A stretch of DNA of 64,000 nucleotides from Lama guanicoe (GCA_013239625.1 MU053557.1:875063-939062), one strand, 5' to 3'. Counted from the first letter of the stretch, positions 11,997 to 24,900 are shown. Notes: generated from the sequence alone by a model not told the origin. A program made the numbers and translations.

Positions 11997-13164
11997 TAGG
12001 ACATAGACATCTTTGAGGGACCATTATGCAGCCCACCTCCCACACATATTGCTCAGTCTTCCCTCCCCCAGTCCCTTAATGCAGGACTCTCTGGTAAGGA
12101 GTACCGAGGTACAAGCTGTAGTTCTGGAAATGAGGGTACCTAAGGCTTCCTAAAAGCCCATACTGACTCTGAGTTGGTAGAGTGAACTCAGAGTCCACTT
12201 ACCCCACCATGTGCATGTGCAGTGAGCTCAGAGTTTGAGGCAGGGGCTGGGGCTGGGAGGTGGGCCTTGGGCACCCCCGCTCCGCCCCAGGACCTTACTG
12301 CATGGGATGTCCCCTGGAAGGGCAGAGAGTAAAACCCAATCTTTAATGGATGGCACTCTCATGCACCATTTAAAAACAGAGCTTGAAAAATGTCTTAGGC
12401 TCTACTGGATCCATTTAATAACAACACTTCTTTCTGGGGAAAGAGAGTTTGAGGATGGAAAAAAGAGTTTGGAAACTTTCAATAGAACAATCCCATCACC
12501 TGTCAGAAGAAGTGAAGGGGTGCTGTGCCCGCAGCTGGGTCCTGCCTTCCCCACACTGGGTGGTCGGCTCTCTGGCTGTCCTTCATACTCAGTCGATACT
12601 TTCCCTCTGTCAAGTTGGAGAAGATGTATGTTCTGATAATGGGGGATATTCCTCAACCATAATTTGTGCATGGTCTCTTGTTCCCTATTTGTGTCACAAG
12701 AATACTAAGACTGTGACACATCTGAGTTGGCAGATGTGGACATGCTTTGGAAAGAGAAAAGCAGAAATGTACAATTACAGAGGAAAACTGAGTAGGCAGA
12801 CCCCTCAGCCTTATTTTTTGTTGAGAGGCCAGAACAGGGAACTGGGCATCGTGACATACTGGGAGTGTTCTATTATGAGTCTGGCTATGCTAGAGAGGTG
12901 ACAGATTTGCTTGGGAGTCATTTTGTTGGTGGGGAAACTTTCACTCGAGACAGAGGGAGGGATGTCTTCCTGGTCCCGCATCCCATCTAAACAGCTGGAT
13001 GCAGAGCATTTCAAGGCTGCACTGCTCTCCGCTTCAGCAGATGCAGAGCTGGCCACAACACAGTACTGTCAGGGAATTCCGGCACTTGGCTTCCATTCTC
13101 TGACAGGAACAAATTAAGCCAGATCTTTCTTGTATCATGAGTAGAGTTCAGAAGTGTACAGTAA

Positions 13165-13335
13165 TGGTAATAACAATACTGTGTGGTAACAGGTGCCCTC
13201 TTAACCACTTGACACTATTATTTCCTTGTGGAGAAACTGAAGTTAAGTAATTTGTCCAAGATTACCAGTATAAAAATACCAAAGTCAGGCTTTGAATCTA
13301 GGACTTTCTCACTCCAAGGCCAAGGTTTAAACTAT
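13165..13335 (-). mobile_element. MIR fragment
   Basis: ggagaaactgaagttaagtaatttgtccaagatt...ggctttgaatctagg. Confidence 0.75.
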
Positions 13336-14108
13336 CTTATTGTAATTGCCTCTGGAAATCAATATTCCATGTTAAATGAAACCCATTTGGTTTTGGTACG
13401 TCCTCTGTAAAACGCAGGACAGAAAGTTAAAGCGTGGTTTCCTACAGACCACATTTTGCTGGAGATTGGGGTGAGTTCAGGCCAATGAGAATGTCATGAG
13501 CTGAAAAGACTTCGCTAGGACCCTATGATGTTTAGAAAATTACTTTCCAGGATGCCTTAATCCCTGCTGTCACAGCGTGAATCTCATTCCTCTAGTTCTG
13601 TCTTCAGTGGAGATAGAGACCTGTCAGTAATTATTTCCTCAAAATAAGCCTTCATTGTGCCTGAAGATTAGTCTTTGGACACCTGTGTTAGTTTCCTTTC
13701 TGTGCAACACCCTCGAAGCCTCATCCTGCTAAGGTGGGAGCTTAGAACCTCTGCTTTTCACAGCTCCCCAGGAGCTCTTAACTTGTCGCTCCAGGGCTAA
13801 GTATTATAGCAAGCATCTCATCTGTAGGGGCTGCTTCCCTGATGACGCTGTTTCGTTGGGCTTTTGTTGGCACACGGCTGTTTTTTCACGCCATTGATTG
13901 GGATGGCAGAGGGACCAGTGGGGATCTCCAGCAAAATGACTGGAAAGACCCAAGACAATAGGGCCCTTTGCTCCGGCTGTGAGTCTTATCTCCCCTCAGT
14001 AACCACCTGGAAGCTATGGTGGCACTAGGCACCACTGGCAACCCCAGTCAATTTTGAGTTTCTGAGGCAGTGGATGGAAAACAGCACTGATCTTGACTCT
14101 ATTTATAG

Positions 14109-14191
14109 GACGGATTTGCTGAAAGGAAGGAAAATTGTTGACACTGTTTCATTCTGGTGAAACGCTCAAGCTGGTTACTCAGAACAATGGT
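14109..14191 (+). other. Candidate 83-nt non-coding or 5'UTR exon
   Basis: Branch-like cactgat, acceptor tcttgactctatttatag, donor t/gtaagt; unique sequence; stops in all three frames; ATG 5 nt before the donor. Confidence 0.25.
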
Positions 14192-16019
14192 GTAAGTAGC
14201 CTACGAATCAGGCTATTTGCATTATCCAACGATGTGCCTCTCCTAACCCTCGTGCCTGACCACAGTAGGAATTAATTAGATAACTTGGAGGCACACTGAG
14301 AATTCCCAAAGCTATTGCAAGCTAATCAGAGGAAACCCACGCCAAGCACACAGTGTTTCCTTTTGGACAAAGGTTATTCTAGCCCTAAGCAGTGGCTGAG
14401 AGGCAGTGATTGATGTTTCGCCGTCATGAAACACAGTTGGTTAGCTCCTTACTTTGTCTCAAATTTATTGTCACGGAAGGACATTGGTTTGTTACAATAT
14501 GCCAAGAAGAAAAAAAAAAAAGTCCTTAAAGGTCAGATGGTTATTAATGACGTGAACTGAGGAGAGAATTTAAAAATCAACTCTACGGTAGGACCTCCTT
14601 TGAATGCCTTACCAATGATCCGTTCTAAAAAAATCTTCATTTATAAGTGACAGTTTTCTCTCCTAGTTGTCAAAAGGCAAGCTTTTTCCCTTCCTTATTA
14701 TCCTGTGATCCAGATGCACTAGTTATGGTTCATCTCAATTCATAATAACACATACATCACATTGGTGCAAATAATCATGCATGCACCTGTTTCACAAAGC
14801 ATGGCCAACAACACTCATTCGGCAGCAACCCATTGAGGGCATGTCCGGTCTGATGGGGATGGAGGGTGAAAGCTCCTAGAAATAGAAAAAGACAGAGGAT
14901 TTAGACAGGGGAGATTCCAGCTAAGCCAGTAATGTGCCGATCGATGCGGGCTTCTCCTAGGGTCTTTCCTCCACCTGCCACCTAGCTCTCTGTGCAGTTA
15001 TGTGGCAGAGAAGCTCATAGGTCGTTCTGCAACTTGATACTTCCTAGGATTTGGAGGCTGAAAGGATCTTATTCCTGATCGACTTCCAAGTGATGAATCG
15101 CTCTTTATCATCAAACACTATTTGATTGTCTCATTCAGGGCACAAAAATAAGATTTTTAGCTGATCTTGAAAGGCAGAACTTGGTTCCCTTGGCCTTATG
15201 GTTTGGTGAGTAAACAGAAGGAAGGCTTTTGGCAAAGCCAACAAAGGCCTTCCAGTAGGCATTTCACTGTGGAGTTCATGCCTTTGATAGGAGGGGATGG
15301 GGGCAGCTGAAAAAATGCCATGTGTAGGACGGATATCAGAGCCTCCAGACTTTTCACCCTGTTTCTCCTAATGTTGTCCTCTTTAACTTTTTTTCCTATT
15401 CCACCAACCAAATTTTGAGTTGAAAACCTTAGAATAGATAAGACAGAAAACAGTTTCACTTAGGGTTTCTTTAGAAATTCATCGCTTAAACTCATTAAAT
15501 TCAGTTTTAATATAAAGTAAAAGTGTGGGCCCTTGAGCAATCAGGTGTGTTTAAGGGAAGATACTAAGATATCAGCTACATTTTCTTACCATTGCTCTTC
15601 TGCACATTGACTAGCTAGGATCAGGCACAAAGCCAGGAGCAGGAGGGCTGGTATTTGAATAATCTTTGTAAGCAATCACTGGCTCTGCACACTGCCAGCA
15701 GAGAGAATCCTCACCAGAACCCCGTCTTGGCTCCTATACCTTGGTGGAATTTACAGGACTGCGCTCCACTATATGGCTTCAGCACCCTTGCTCTGGTCAG
15801 ATTGCTCTTGGAATGACTACACGCAAGTCTACTTATGCATAACTATGAAACCTTCCTCTTGTTTCTGGAAAATGCATTAGAAATGAATCCTTGGCTCTTT
15901 TGCTACATTGATTCTTAAATTCTTCACCCTGGTTTACTTTTCACTTCAACAGTGATGACTGGGTAAAGCAAAGACACTGTCCTTTGGTGGAAAAGGCCTT
16001 GGAGGTGGAGATATATCAG

Positions 16020-16492
16020 CTCTCACTCCCTCTCAGAGCTTTCCGCGCACTTAGAGTAAATCCACCCTGCTTCCCCTGGGTGAACCAGGCCTGTGTGATG
16101 TTGCCCTTGCCTGTGGCTACAACGTCATCTTATATGATTATCCTCACTGCTCCTTATGGTCCCATCATTCCCACCTCCTTTCTTTTATTCCAGTGCTCCA
16201 GGCTTTATCCCGTTTTATTGCACTCCCAGATCTTCACATGGCTGATACTTTACTGAACTTCAAGTCAAATGCCACCTCTTCAGGGAGGCCCTCCCTGATC
16301 ACTTCATATAGCACCAAGCTCTCTATTGTGTCTTTTTTTTTTAATTCCTTTTTTTTTAATCTATCTCTTGTCTGTCTTCCCTCCCCAGGATATATGCTTT
16401 ATGAGCATAGGGTTCTTCTCTCGTTCATCTTTGTATCTCCAGTGACTGGCACATATACATGCTTAATTAATACTCCTGAATCACTGAATGAA
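16020..16492 (+). mobile_element. L2 LINE 3' fragment
   Basis: caaatgccacctcttcagggaggccctccctgatcac; tail tggcacatatacatgcttaattaata...gaatgaa. Confidence 0.85.
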
Positions 16493-16789
16493 CTGAAAGT
16501 CAAAAGATCTGTGTTCTGTTCCATCGCACCCATTATTAAGCTGTGTTAACTCCTAGAACTCTATAGGTCTCAGCCTCGCCTTTTGTAAGAGAAAAACTTT
16601 GAATCAGATTTCTAAGGTTAGTTTCACATCCGATTTTAAGTTTTTGCTTTAGTTGTACTCCATTGAATCCTCTTTTGCTTAATGGGCATAAAAGACTGTT
16701 TCCAAAAGAGCATTTCACGTCTTCATTTGTAAATAGCTCCCACTGACTGAGCATTTGACATAGATCTTGGAACAACCATGTTATCTATC

Positions 16790-17210
16790 ATGCATTCCTT
16801 GAGAATCAGACACAGTGTTAGGCTTTGGGAATACAGCAATGAGCAAGACGTCTGCTCTTAAGGTTCTTATATTCTCAAGAAGACAACAATTTCAGTACAG
16901 CGATAAGTGATGGGGACACATTCTATGATGGACCATTGGGAGAACCCCTAACACAAATATGAGGCATCGGGGAGGCTTCCGTGATGCTGTGACAGTTCAA
17001 ACACAACCAGAAGGGTGGTGTTACGCAGGTGAGAATGAAGAGGGAAAGGGTGTTCCAGGAGGAGGCACTAATGTGTGTGAAGGCCTCAGGAGGGGAGAAA
17101 GCATGACCTGTTTCCATTAAGCTTTGCAGTTAGACGGGCTGGAGCAGAGGCTGCAGGGTGACGACTGAGAAATGTAGCTGAGCCTGGCAAAGCCAGGGGA
17201 GGTCGTCTTA
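16790..17210 (-). mobile_element. L2 LINE 3' fragment
   Basis: cagacacagtgttaggctttgggaatacagcaatgagcaagac; gggtgttccaggaggaggcac...gtgaaggcc. Confidence 0.75.
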
Positions 17211-17824
17211 GGTTGTTTGACTCTGTGGTTCCCAAAGGAAGAAGCTGTCACTGGTGTCTTCTAAGACAAAAGATCTAGACTAGGACAAATTGTTTGGTTT
17301 GGGCAGCTGTTAAATTACTTACTCTCCATGACACAGGCATATTAAATCTATTTCCATAGAAGACAGAAGATTGCCAGTGCCTTGCAATTTCATTGGACTT
17401 TCACGATAATACCCTCCACGTAGTCTCATATTTAACTGGGATAATTTCAGAGGACACTTTGCAGAGAAGTCCCATTTTATTTCCCTTCTGGAATAGAGAA
17501 TATGACACTGGATAGTGCAGTGGATTTTCACACTTTGCCAATTCCCACCAACAGCCTTATGTGCTTATTCATTAGTCTTGTGACATTTAGTCTTTATCTC
17601 ACTTGATCTGATGTGTCTGTCATGTTCCCCAGGTTCTCAGCCCACGTTGCCATGGTACTAGAGACTGGGTACGAAGCAGTGTACTGTCGGGAAAATGGCA
17701 TCACTGAATTTTGTTTTTCCTTCCAAAACCTTGGTTATGTCTACGAACACCAGAAAGTTATCTTGTGCTAATTTGTCAAATTCTGATGACTTGAAACTTT
17801 GTTCTAAAGACATAAATACAGCTC

Positions 17825-18209
17825 TGCTATGGACTGAGTATTTTGGGGCTATTCCTCCTCCCCTCAAATTCATATGTTGAAGCACCTCAGAATGTGACTG
17901 TATTTGGAGATAGCCTTTAAAGGGGTAATTAAGGTTAAATGAGGTCATACAGGCGGGCCTCTATCCAATTTAACAAGTGTCCTTATAGAGAGAAGACATT
18001 AGGACAGAGATGTGCACAGAAGAAAGCTCATGAGAAGATGGAAAGGAAGACAGCCACCTGTAAGCCAAGGAGAGAGACTGCAAAGGAAACAGTCCTGCTG
18101 CCATCTTGATCTTGGACTTCAGCCTCTAGCATTGTGAGGAGATAAATTTCTGTTGTTTAAGCCCCTGGTCTGTGGTACAATGTTATGACAGTCCTCACAA
18201 ACTGACCCA
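17825..18209 (+). mobile_element. MLT1B-like MaLR solo LTR, complete
   Basis: TG...CA ends with perfect 5-bp TSD agctc (17820-17824, 18210-18214); cagaatgtgactgtatttggagatag; ataaatttctgttgtttaagcc. Confidence 0.93.
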
Positions 18210-19443
18210 AGCTCCATCCCATTTTTTATATTAATAAATTGAAAATTACATGTAATTCATTCATTCATGAACTAGCCTAGACTATTTTTTATTGATTAGG
18301 GCAGACATGTTTACCTCTATTTTTCAGGAGCATATTATCAGTATTTGCTGCTGAGAATGTTGTCAGCTTCCCACAACAAGTCTGCAAGATCCCCCTGAAG
18401 GGTAGGAAATAAGGGAATATAAGAAGGATTAAAACAAATGAGTCTGTTATCAGGAATCGCGGTGTTTATTATAACAACACCAGTCGGTCATCCCACCTTC
18501 AGGGCGTGGTCAAGATGGAGGCCTGTGAGCTGAAATGATGCCATAGGCTTTTTAATGAATATACAGGTTATAATTTACAAACTTTGTAAGAACTCTTTTG
18601 AATGGACAGGTCTCAGTGGTGTGGCCAGTGGGTGTTGCAGAATGAACATCAGTGTAGAAATCTGGGGAGCCAGGTTCTGGTTTGAGGTGTGTCACTAGGT
18701 CTGTGGAAGCCTGGGCCCTCACTTTTCCTTCTGTGGGTCTCGTAGTCATCATCTGTGAGCCGAAGGGGTCGTCCTAGACGACTGTGTAGGCATGTTCTAC
18801 CCTTAACACGCAACAGAAGTGTGTGTCCCCAGTAGGTAAATGCGGTTGAAAAACATTTCACACATATTTGACTTTTTGGTGGATTTAAAAGCAATCCATC
18901 CGTTTACTAGTTACAGAAGTCCATCTGTAGAAAACTTAGCTCTGCTTCCAGATTTTTAAGGCGTTAGTAGAGGCATTACAAACTGCCATTTCTTCAGGGT
19001 CCTTCTTCAGTTTCTTCCTGGGGTCAATGTTTAGTATTGTAAAATAAATCTATCTTCTGATTGATAGTTTGAAAAGTGCTACACAGCCTCAGAACCCAAG
19101 TGGGTTGTCATGACGACTGGTGACGTTTCTATCCTGCAGAGGGTACTAGGAGTACATGGCCCGTGTGTCTCTGCAAACTGTTTTATGTTATTTTTGCAGT
19201 GGGAAAGCTGGGAAAGTGTGAAGGTAGGAAGTTATCCAACTCAAATCTTTATAAGGTTAACTTGGGCAGAGACAGTGTTTCATAGTTATTGAATATCTAG
19301 GCACTACATTAAGCACTTAATACATGGTTTTTGCATAAACAAATCAATAAATATCAGAATTGTGCTAATATATAACCCCCAGCACAAAAGACATAGCCAA
19401 TTTAATTTTGGGAAGTTTTATTTATCACAGTTCAGTAGACATC

Positions 19444-19962
19444 TGTGGGTTTTGCTGACCAGCATTTACTTACACTCTGATTTTCTTCTGGGATCTCCCT
19501 CTCTCTCCAACTCTTTGTCATTGGGTTTTGGTTTGAAGTCACTTTTCCCATCAGCCACAAGAGTGGGAAGATGACTTAGGCCTTGCTAATCACAGCACTG
19601 TATCCTCATGACCATAGTAACGGATTCAGGGATAGACAAGTGAACCAGTTACTCTGAGACACACTGCTGAGGGTCAGAGGCAAATATTCCTATTTAGCTG
19701 GTCTTATCTGAATGCTGACTGGTCTTGGGCTATTGGCAACCTTATCACCATCAGTGGAGCCTGAGGATGGAGTCATTGGGAGCAAAGCAGAGCCAAAAGA
19801 TGGGGAGGGACTTGGACCTGGTCGCATTGTTAGAGCCACTCCTAAAATTAAATGTTCATTCACCCTTCTCTGTTTTATGATCCAGTGCATTCCCTTATTG
19901 TTTAAGATACTTGGGGTTGCATTTTCTATCAATTGCAACAGAAACTTGTCTATAGAAATAGA
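19444..19962 (+). mobile_element. Old MaLR LTR (MLT1K/L-like)
   Basis: ggattcagggatagacaagtga; 3' motif attcccttattgtttaagatacttggggttgcattttctatcaattgcaac. Confidence 0.7.
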
Positions 19963-19969
19963 CCCACAG

Positions 19970-20130
19970 TAAGCTTTGAGGAACAGTGGAAAGAATCCTG
20001 GTCCCTGGACAAACTCTTGACTAATCTTGAGTAAATACCTCTTTGAAAATGGGGCCAAGTATCCTAGTCTGTTCTATTTCTCATGGTTATTAAGAGGATC
20101 AAACTTGAAAACATATTTTTGAAATTTTTG
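19970..20130 (+). mobile_element. MIR fragment
   Basis: gaatcctggtccc...cttgagtaaatacc...aaaatgggg...tcatggttattaagaggatcaaa. Confidence 0.6.
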
Positions 20131-20359
20131 TAAAATATAAAACTTTCTTTACTGCTAGTAGCTATTAAATTTTTGATAGTGGGTACCAGAAGTGATGTTG
20201 CAGAACAGAGCTATGTCCATGATATCTGAATACACATTTCAGTTATTTTAAGCCTCAGGCCTCAAAGAGGCCATGTGGTGCTGAGTGAAAAGAAATTGAG
20301 TGAGTTTTTAGAAAGTTTCTGATCATATAGATATTCTTATAATGTAGAATAGGTGGCAG

Positions 20360-20500
20360 GATTTTAATATTAATAAATACCACTCATCATTTAGGAAACT
20401 AAGATTTAGGGACACCAAGTAACTTTCTCAACATCGTATGACCAGTGGGAAGCAGTAGTAGAGCACAGAGTCTGATGTCCATATCCACATACTTAGTGTT
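20360..20500 (-). mobile_element. MIR fragment
   Basis: aggaaactaagatttagggacaccaagtaactttctcaacatc. Confidence 0.5.
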
Positions 20501-20850
20501 TTCCTTAATCCAGATGTTTAGAAGAGGACTATAGGTATTCATGGGTGTGCTTCCGTACCGAGTTGAACTATTCTGCATAAATCATGAGTTGTGCTTGAGC
20601 TGGAAGATAGAAGAAGCCAAAAGCAGTAGCCCGATAGTCAGCTGTGTCTAGTCTGGACTCTGTCCAGACCTGGAGAAGTCACATGATCTTTCTGAGACTC
20701 AGTCTCCCCAGGAAATGTTAGGAAAGTTGGACAAGGCACAACTAGTGTCATTTGAACAGTGGATTTTTTATTAAAGGCATTTTTGGTTCAGCTCAGTGCC
20801 TCTCCACTGAGGGACTGAATTTGCTTTGTTTTCTAGATGACAAAGGACTC

Positions 20851-21915
20851 TTATTTTAATTCAGGTAAAATTTACATACCATAAAATTAAACATTTTAAA
20901 ATGAACGATTCACTGACATTGAGCACAGTCGTAATTTTCTGCAACCACCCTCTCTATCCAGTTAAGAAATAATTTCAGCACTCCAAAGTAAAATTCCTTA
21001 CCAGCTAAGCAGTTTCTCCCATTTTCTCTTCCTACCAGCCTCTGGCAGCCACCAGTCTGCATTCTGTCTCTAAGGATTTATGTGTTTTGGCTATTTCGTA
21101 GAAGTGGGATCATACTGTGTGCAATCTCTTGTGTGGTTTCTGTCACCTAACATAGTGTTTTGGGAGTTCATCAATGTTTAGCATGCATCAGTACTTTATT
21201 CCTTTTTATGGCTGAATAACATTCTATGGTATGTGTACCACTATTCGTTTGTCCATTCATCTCTCAGTTGATATTAGGGCTGTTTCCACCTTTTGGCTAT
21301 TGTGAATAGTGATGCTATGAACATGCATGTACATGTTCTTGTTTGAGTACCTGTTTTTAATTTTTTTTGGTATATGCCTGGGAGTAGAACTGCAGTCATG
21401 TGGTAATTCTGTGTTTAACTTTCTGGGGAATTGTCAAGCTGTTTGCCAGAATGGTTGAACCATCCTACATTCCTATCAGCATTGTACCGGAGTTCCAGTT
21501 TCTCTACATCCTTGCTAACATTTGTGATTTTCCTTTTAGAAATATTATAGCCATACTAGTGGGTGTAAAATGATATTCCGTTGTGATTTTGGTTTGTATT
21601 TCTGTTATGACCAATGAAGTTAAGCATCTTTCCATGTATGTGTTTGGCCATTTATGTATTTTCTTTGGAGAAACATCTATTCAAGACATTTGCTCACTTG
21701 TAAAATTGGATTGTTTGGTTTTTTTTGTTACTGAGTTATAAGAGTCCTATAGATGTTCTGGATACAAAATCTGTTTCACATAAGTGATTGACAATATTTT
21801 CTCTCATTCTGTAGATTCTTCTCATTTTGTCGGCAAGGACCTTTGATGCTCAAATGGTTTTAATTTTGATGAGATGCAATTTGTTTTTAAACTTTTTGTT
21901 ACTGCTTGCTTTTTC
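20851..21915 (-). mobile_element. L1MB-like LINE-1 3' fragment
   Basis: aggtaaaatttacataccataaaatt 3' end; cagtactttattcctttttatggctgaata; gtttccaccttttggctattgtgaatagtg. Confidence 0.9.
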
Positions 21916-21994
21916 CTATCCTGGAAAAAACACGGGGAAGTGATTATCATCTCCCTTGACCAGTGGGGAAGTAGAAGCTGAGAGATTGAATATA

Positions 21995-22200
21995 TTAATA
22001 ATAAAAATATCTTCTATTTGCTGCAGACTTCCTGTGTGCCAGACCATGCTGGAGAAGGTGTATATCTGTGACTTCTGAATTGTGCAGCCATCTCACAGAG
22101 TCCTTACTCCAATGTAGAGACGAGGTACCATGAGTTTAAGTCATAGGTACTGGCTCCTACAGTCCATTAATGTCGTGGTCCTCTTTGGAACCCAGATCCG
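21995..22200 (-). mobile_element. MIR fragment
   Basis: taataataaaaatatcttctatttgctgcagacttcctgtgtgccagacc. Confidence 0.55.
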
Positions 22201-22911
22201 TCAAGTCCAAAGCGCATCCCATTGCAGCGCACTGTCTTTGGTTATACAACTCATCTCCCTGCTTCCTGTCCTGTTTCCCAGTCCTGTTGATGGTTGGAGG
22301 GATCTTCCTCAAACACAGTGGGATCGTGACATTCTGCTGCCTAAAGTTCTGCCCTTATAATCTTGCTTAGAAATGTTTTACATTATGTCCATTTGGCTTG
22401 TGTTTCTTGAATAGTTTTCAACATATTTGAGGAAAGAACCCCCGCACTATTGCAGTGTGTCTCCCTAATGTGCCTACATGTCCGACTACCTTTTAAACTA
22501 AACTCTGAAAGGTTAATAGGGCATTTTGTTACATACAGCTTTTTCTGAATTCAGTTGTTGGGTTTTAAGATGCCATTGGAGGCTACTTCACCTGTTCTTT
22601 TTCTTGTTACCAAAACAACAAAAATAAATAAGAAACTGCCGCAAAGTGATTTGCTGATTGCCTCCCCTCCCCTCAATTAGTAGAATATTCCTCTGGCAAA
22701 CGAGATACAGCCTTATCAACTCCATCACTTTTCTCTCTTGTTGATGTCTTGTTTGGAAGGGGAAGTTCCCCCCACAGTTATCAAACACTGTGTTTATTCC
22801 TCTTCTGCTGCAGGGGTTAGGACAATGTCCTGAAGGCAGAGGTGGGATGCCTTGTGTTCCCAGGTTTATTCATGAGGATGAAGAAGGATTAACCACCTGA
22901 TCCCTATAAAC

Positions 22912-23124
22912 CAGTGCTGTCTAAGAGAGTTTTTTGCAGAAACGGAAATATTTTTGTGCTTTCTAATATGGTCGCCATTGACTACATGTGGCTTTTGAAC
23001 ACTCGAAATGTAGTTAGTGTGACTGAGGAACTGACTGAGGTTTTAATTTTATTTAATTTTAAATAATTTAAATATAATGTAGATAGTCACGTGTGGCTAG
23101 TTACTACCATGTTGGGGAGGGCAG
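22912..23124 (+). mobile_element. MER3 hAT MITE
   Basis: cagtgctgtc start; acatgtggcttttgaacactcgaaatgtagttagtgtgactgaggaactga; AT-rich core; tagtcacgtgtggctag. Confidence 0.9.
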
Positions 23125-23422
23125 CCTTTAGAAATTATGACCCTTAAACTAGATGAAAGGAAGGAATAGAGTTACAAAACAAACGTAGGTAAACATAACC
23201 ATGATCTTGGATGATGGAGAAGCATTAGGGGAAAAGTAACCCAGGAAGAATTACCAAGGCAGAAAGAAAATGACTTTTTATGCAGTTCCCCCACGTGCTT
23301 TCATTTCTTTGTGTATTTATTTGACTATTTGGGTACCTATTACGTTCCAGGCACTGTTCCAGATGCTGGTGATACTAGAGAACAAAGTGAGTTTCTTGCC
23401 GTATGGTGCTCGTATTCTACCT

Positions 23423-23641
23423 CAGTGTTCTCAAACTTGGCAGCATTTTGGTCCAGATAATTCTTCAGCGTGTGGGGCTGTCCTGTGTGTTACAGGATGA
23501 CTGGCAGCACCCCTGGCCTCCATTCACTAGATGCCAGTGAGCTCCCCTACCCTAGTTGTGACAATCAAAAGTATCTGCAGATACTGCTAAGTGTCCTCTG
23601 TGGGGATGAAATTATCCACCTCCCAAAAAAGAGAACCACTC
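23423..23641 (-). mobile_element. MER20 hAT MITE
   Basis: ggggctgtcctgtg...gcagcacccctggcctccattcactagatgccagt...gttgtgacaatcaaaa...gagaaccact. Confidence 0.9.
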
Positions 23642-23719
23642 ATCTAGTGGATGGGTGGATAATTGTACTTAATATCCGAACAAAATGGGCACATTTAGTC
23701 AAAGATTCCATTGAGTAAC

Positions 23720-24882
23720 TCAATTAGCGCATTTTATGGGACACTTATTTTATCTCTGTTATGGACTAAATGTTTGTGCCCTACCCACCCCACCCCACCC
23801 ATATTCATATATAGAAGCCCTAACCCCCAGTGTGATGGTATTTGGAGGTGGGGCTTTGGGGAAGTAATTAGGGTTGGATGAGGTTGTGAGCATGGAGGTC
23901 TCATGATGGAATTGGTGCTCTTATAAGAAGAGACACCAGGGAGCTTGTTCTATTTCTCTCCTCTTAAATACACAAAAAAAGAGGTCATGTGGCCCCAAAG
24001 CAAGATGCCTACCAGTCAAGAGAGGAGGCCTCAGAATGAAACATAGCTTGTTGGCATTTTGATCTTGGGCTTCTCAGCCTCCAGAACTATAAAAAGTAAA
24101 TCTCTGCATTTTTTAACCATCCAGTCTATGGTATTTTGTTTTAGTAGCTGGAGTTATCTGGTGCAACCTCCCAGGCCCTGATCTAGGCTCTGGAGATGCA
24201 GCATTAAATAGAACACAGTCCTTGCCTTAGTAGTTCACAGCCTAGGGGGGAAGACATAGACATACCACTGAAATACTGTCTTCTTAGTGCTACACTTAGT
24301 ACATGCCCACCCCAGGGTGGGCCAGTGGGAAACAGTTGGGGTGTGGACTGACTTCAGGCTGAGTTATAAATAGGACTGAGTGAAGTGAAACAGGTGACAA
24401 GGGCATTCCACATACGCACGGACTTGGTGGCAGAGAACGTGGTATTTCTGGGAATTATAGTACTGACCTGGCTGGAGTGAGCAACAGGAGATGGGAAGTG
24501 ATTAGAACACTGTGGCTTGGGTAGAGGGCAGAGGCCAGGTCATGATCTGGTGTGCTCGTCTAAGGGGAGCAGACCCTATCCTACAGGCTTTAGGAGTCTC
24601 TGCAGGATTTTAAGTAGAACTATATCTTGATTAGATTTGTTCTTCACTATCTGGCTGTAAAGCAGAGGATGGGCTGGAGAAGGTATGACTGGTTAAAAGG
24701 CTGCTGCAGTAATTCAGTGAAAGATAACATAGCATAAACTAAGGCCCTATTAGTGGAGATACAGAGGAAAGAGGCAGATCATTGTGACGTTTAGGAAGCG
24801 GCATTGACAAGACTTGGTGACTGCTTGGATTTGAGGAGAAGGGACAGGCAGGGAGTCAAGGATGGCTCTGAAGTTCTTGAAG
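23720..24882 (-). mobile_element. L2 LINE fragment interrupted by MLT1A
   Basis: Tail attttatgggacacttatt resumes after the LTR as ccaggccctgatctaggctctggagatgcagc; gacaagacttggtgactgcttggat; gggagtcaaggatggctc. Confidence 0.8.
23757..24165 (+). mobile_element. MLT1A-like MaLR solo LTR, complete
   Basis: tgttatggactaaatgtttgtg start, CA end, TSD atctc/acctc; gtgtgatggtatttggaggtgggg; ccagtctatggtattttgtt. Confidence 0.92.
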
Positions 24883-24900
24883 TGTGTGTGTGTGTGTGTG
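24882..24900. repeat. (TG)n microsatellite
   Basis: Seen directly. Confidence 0.9.

Larger units (their letters stand above)
10569..12040 (-). mobile_element. MLT1D-like MaLR LTR split into three pieces (10569-10945, ~11423-11472, 11997-12040)
   Basis: Antisense MLT1 motifs gtggcttaaaacaa...acagttctggaggtcag; sequence resumes as tgtaaggtgacatattc...taggacatagacatctttgagggaccattat across two insertions. Confidence 0.88.

Noticed and set aside
20653..20671. Short inverted repeats such as gtctggac-tct-gtccagac (also ~35348-35404 and ~62758-62782) as miRNA or terminator hairpins
   Set aside because: Stems are too short and expected by chance in 64 kb.
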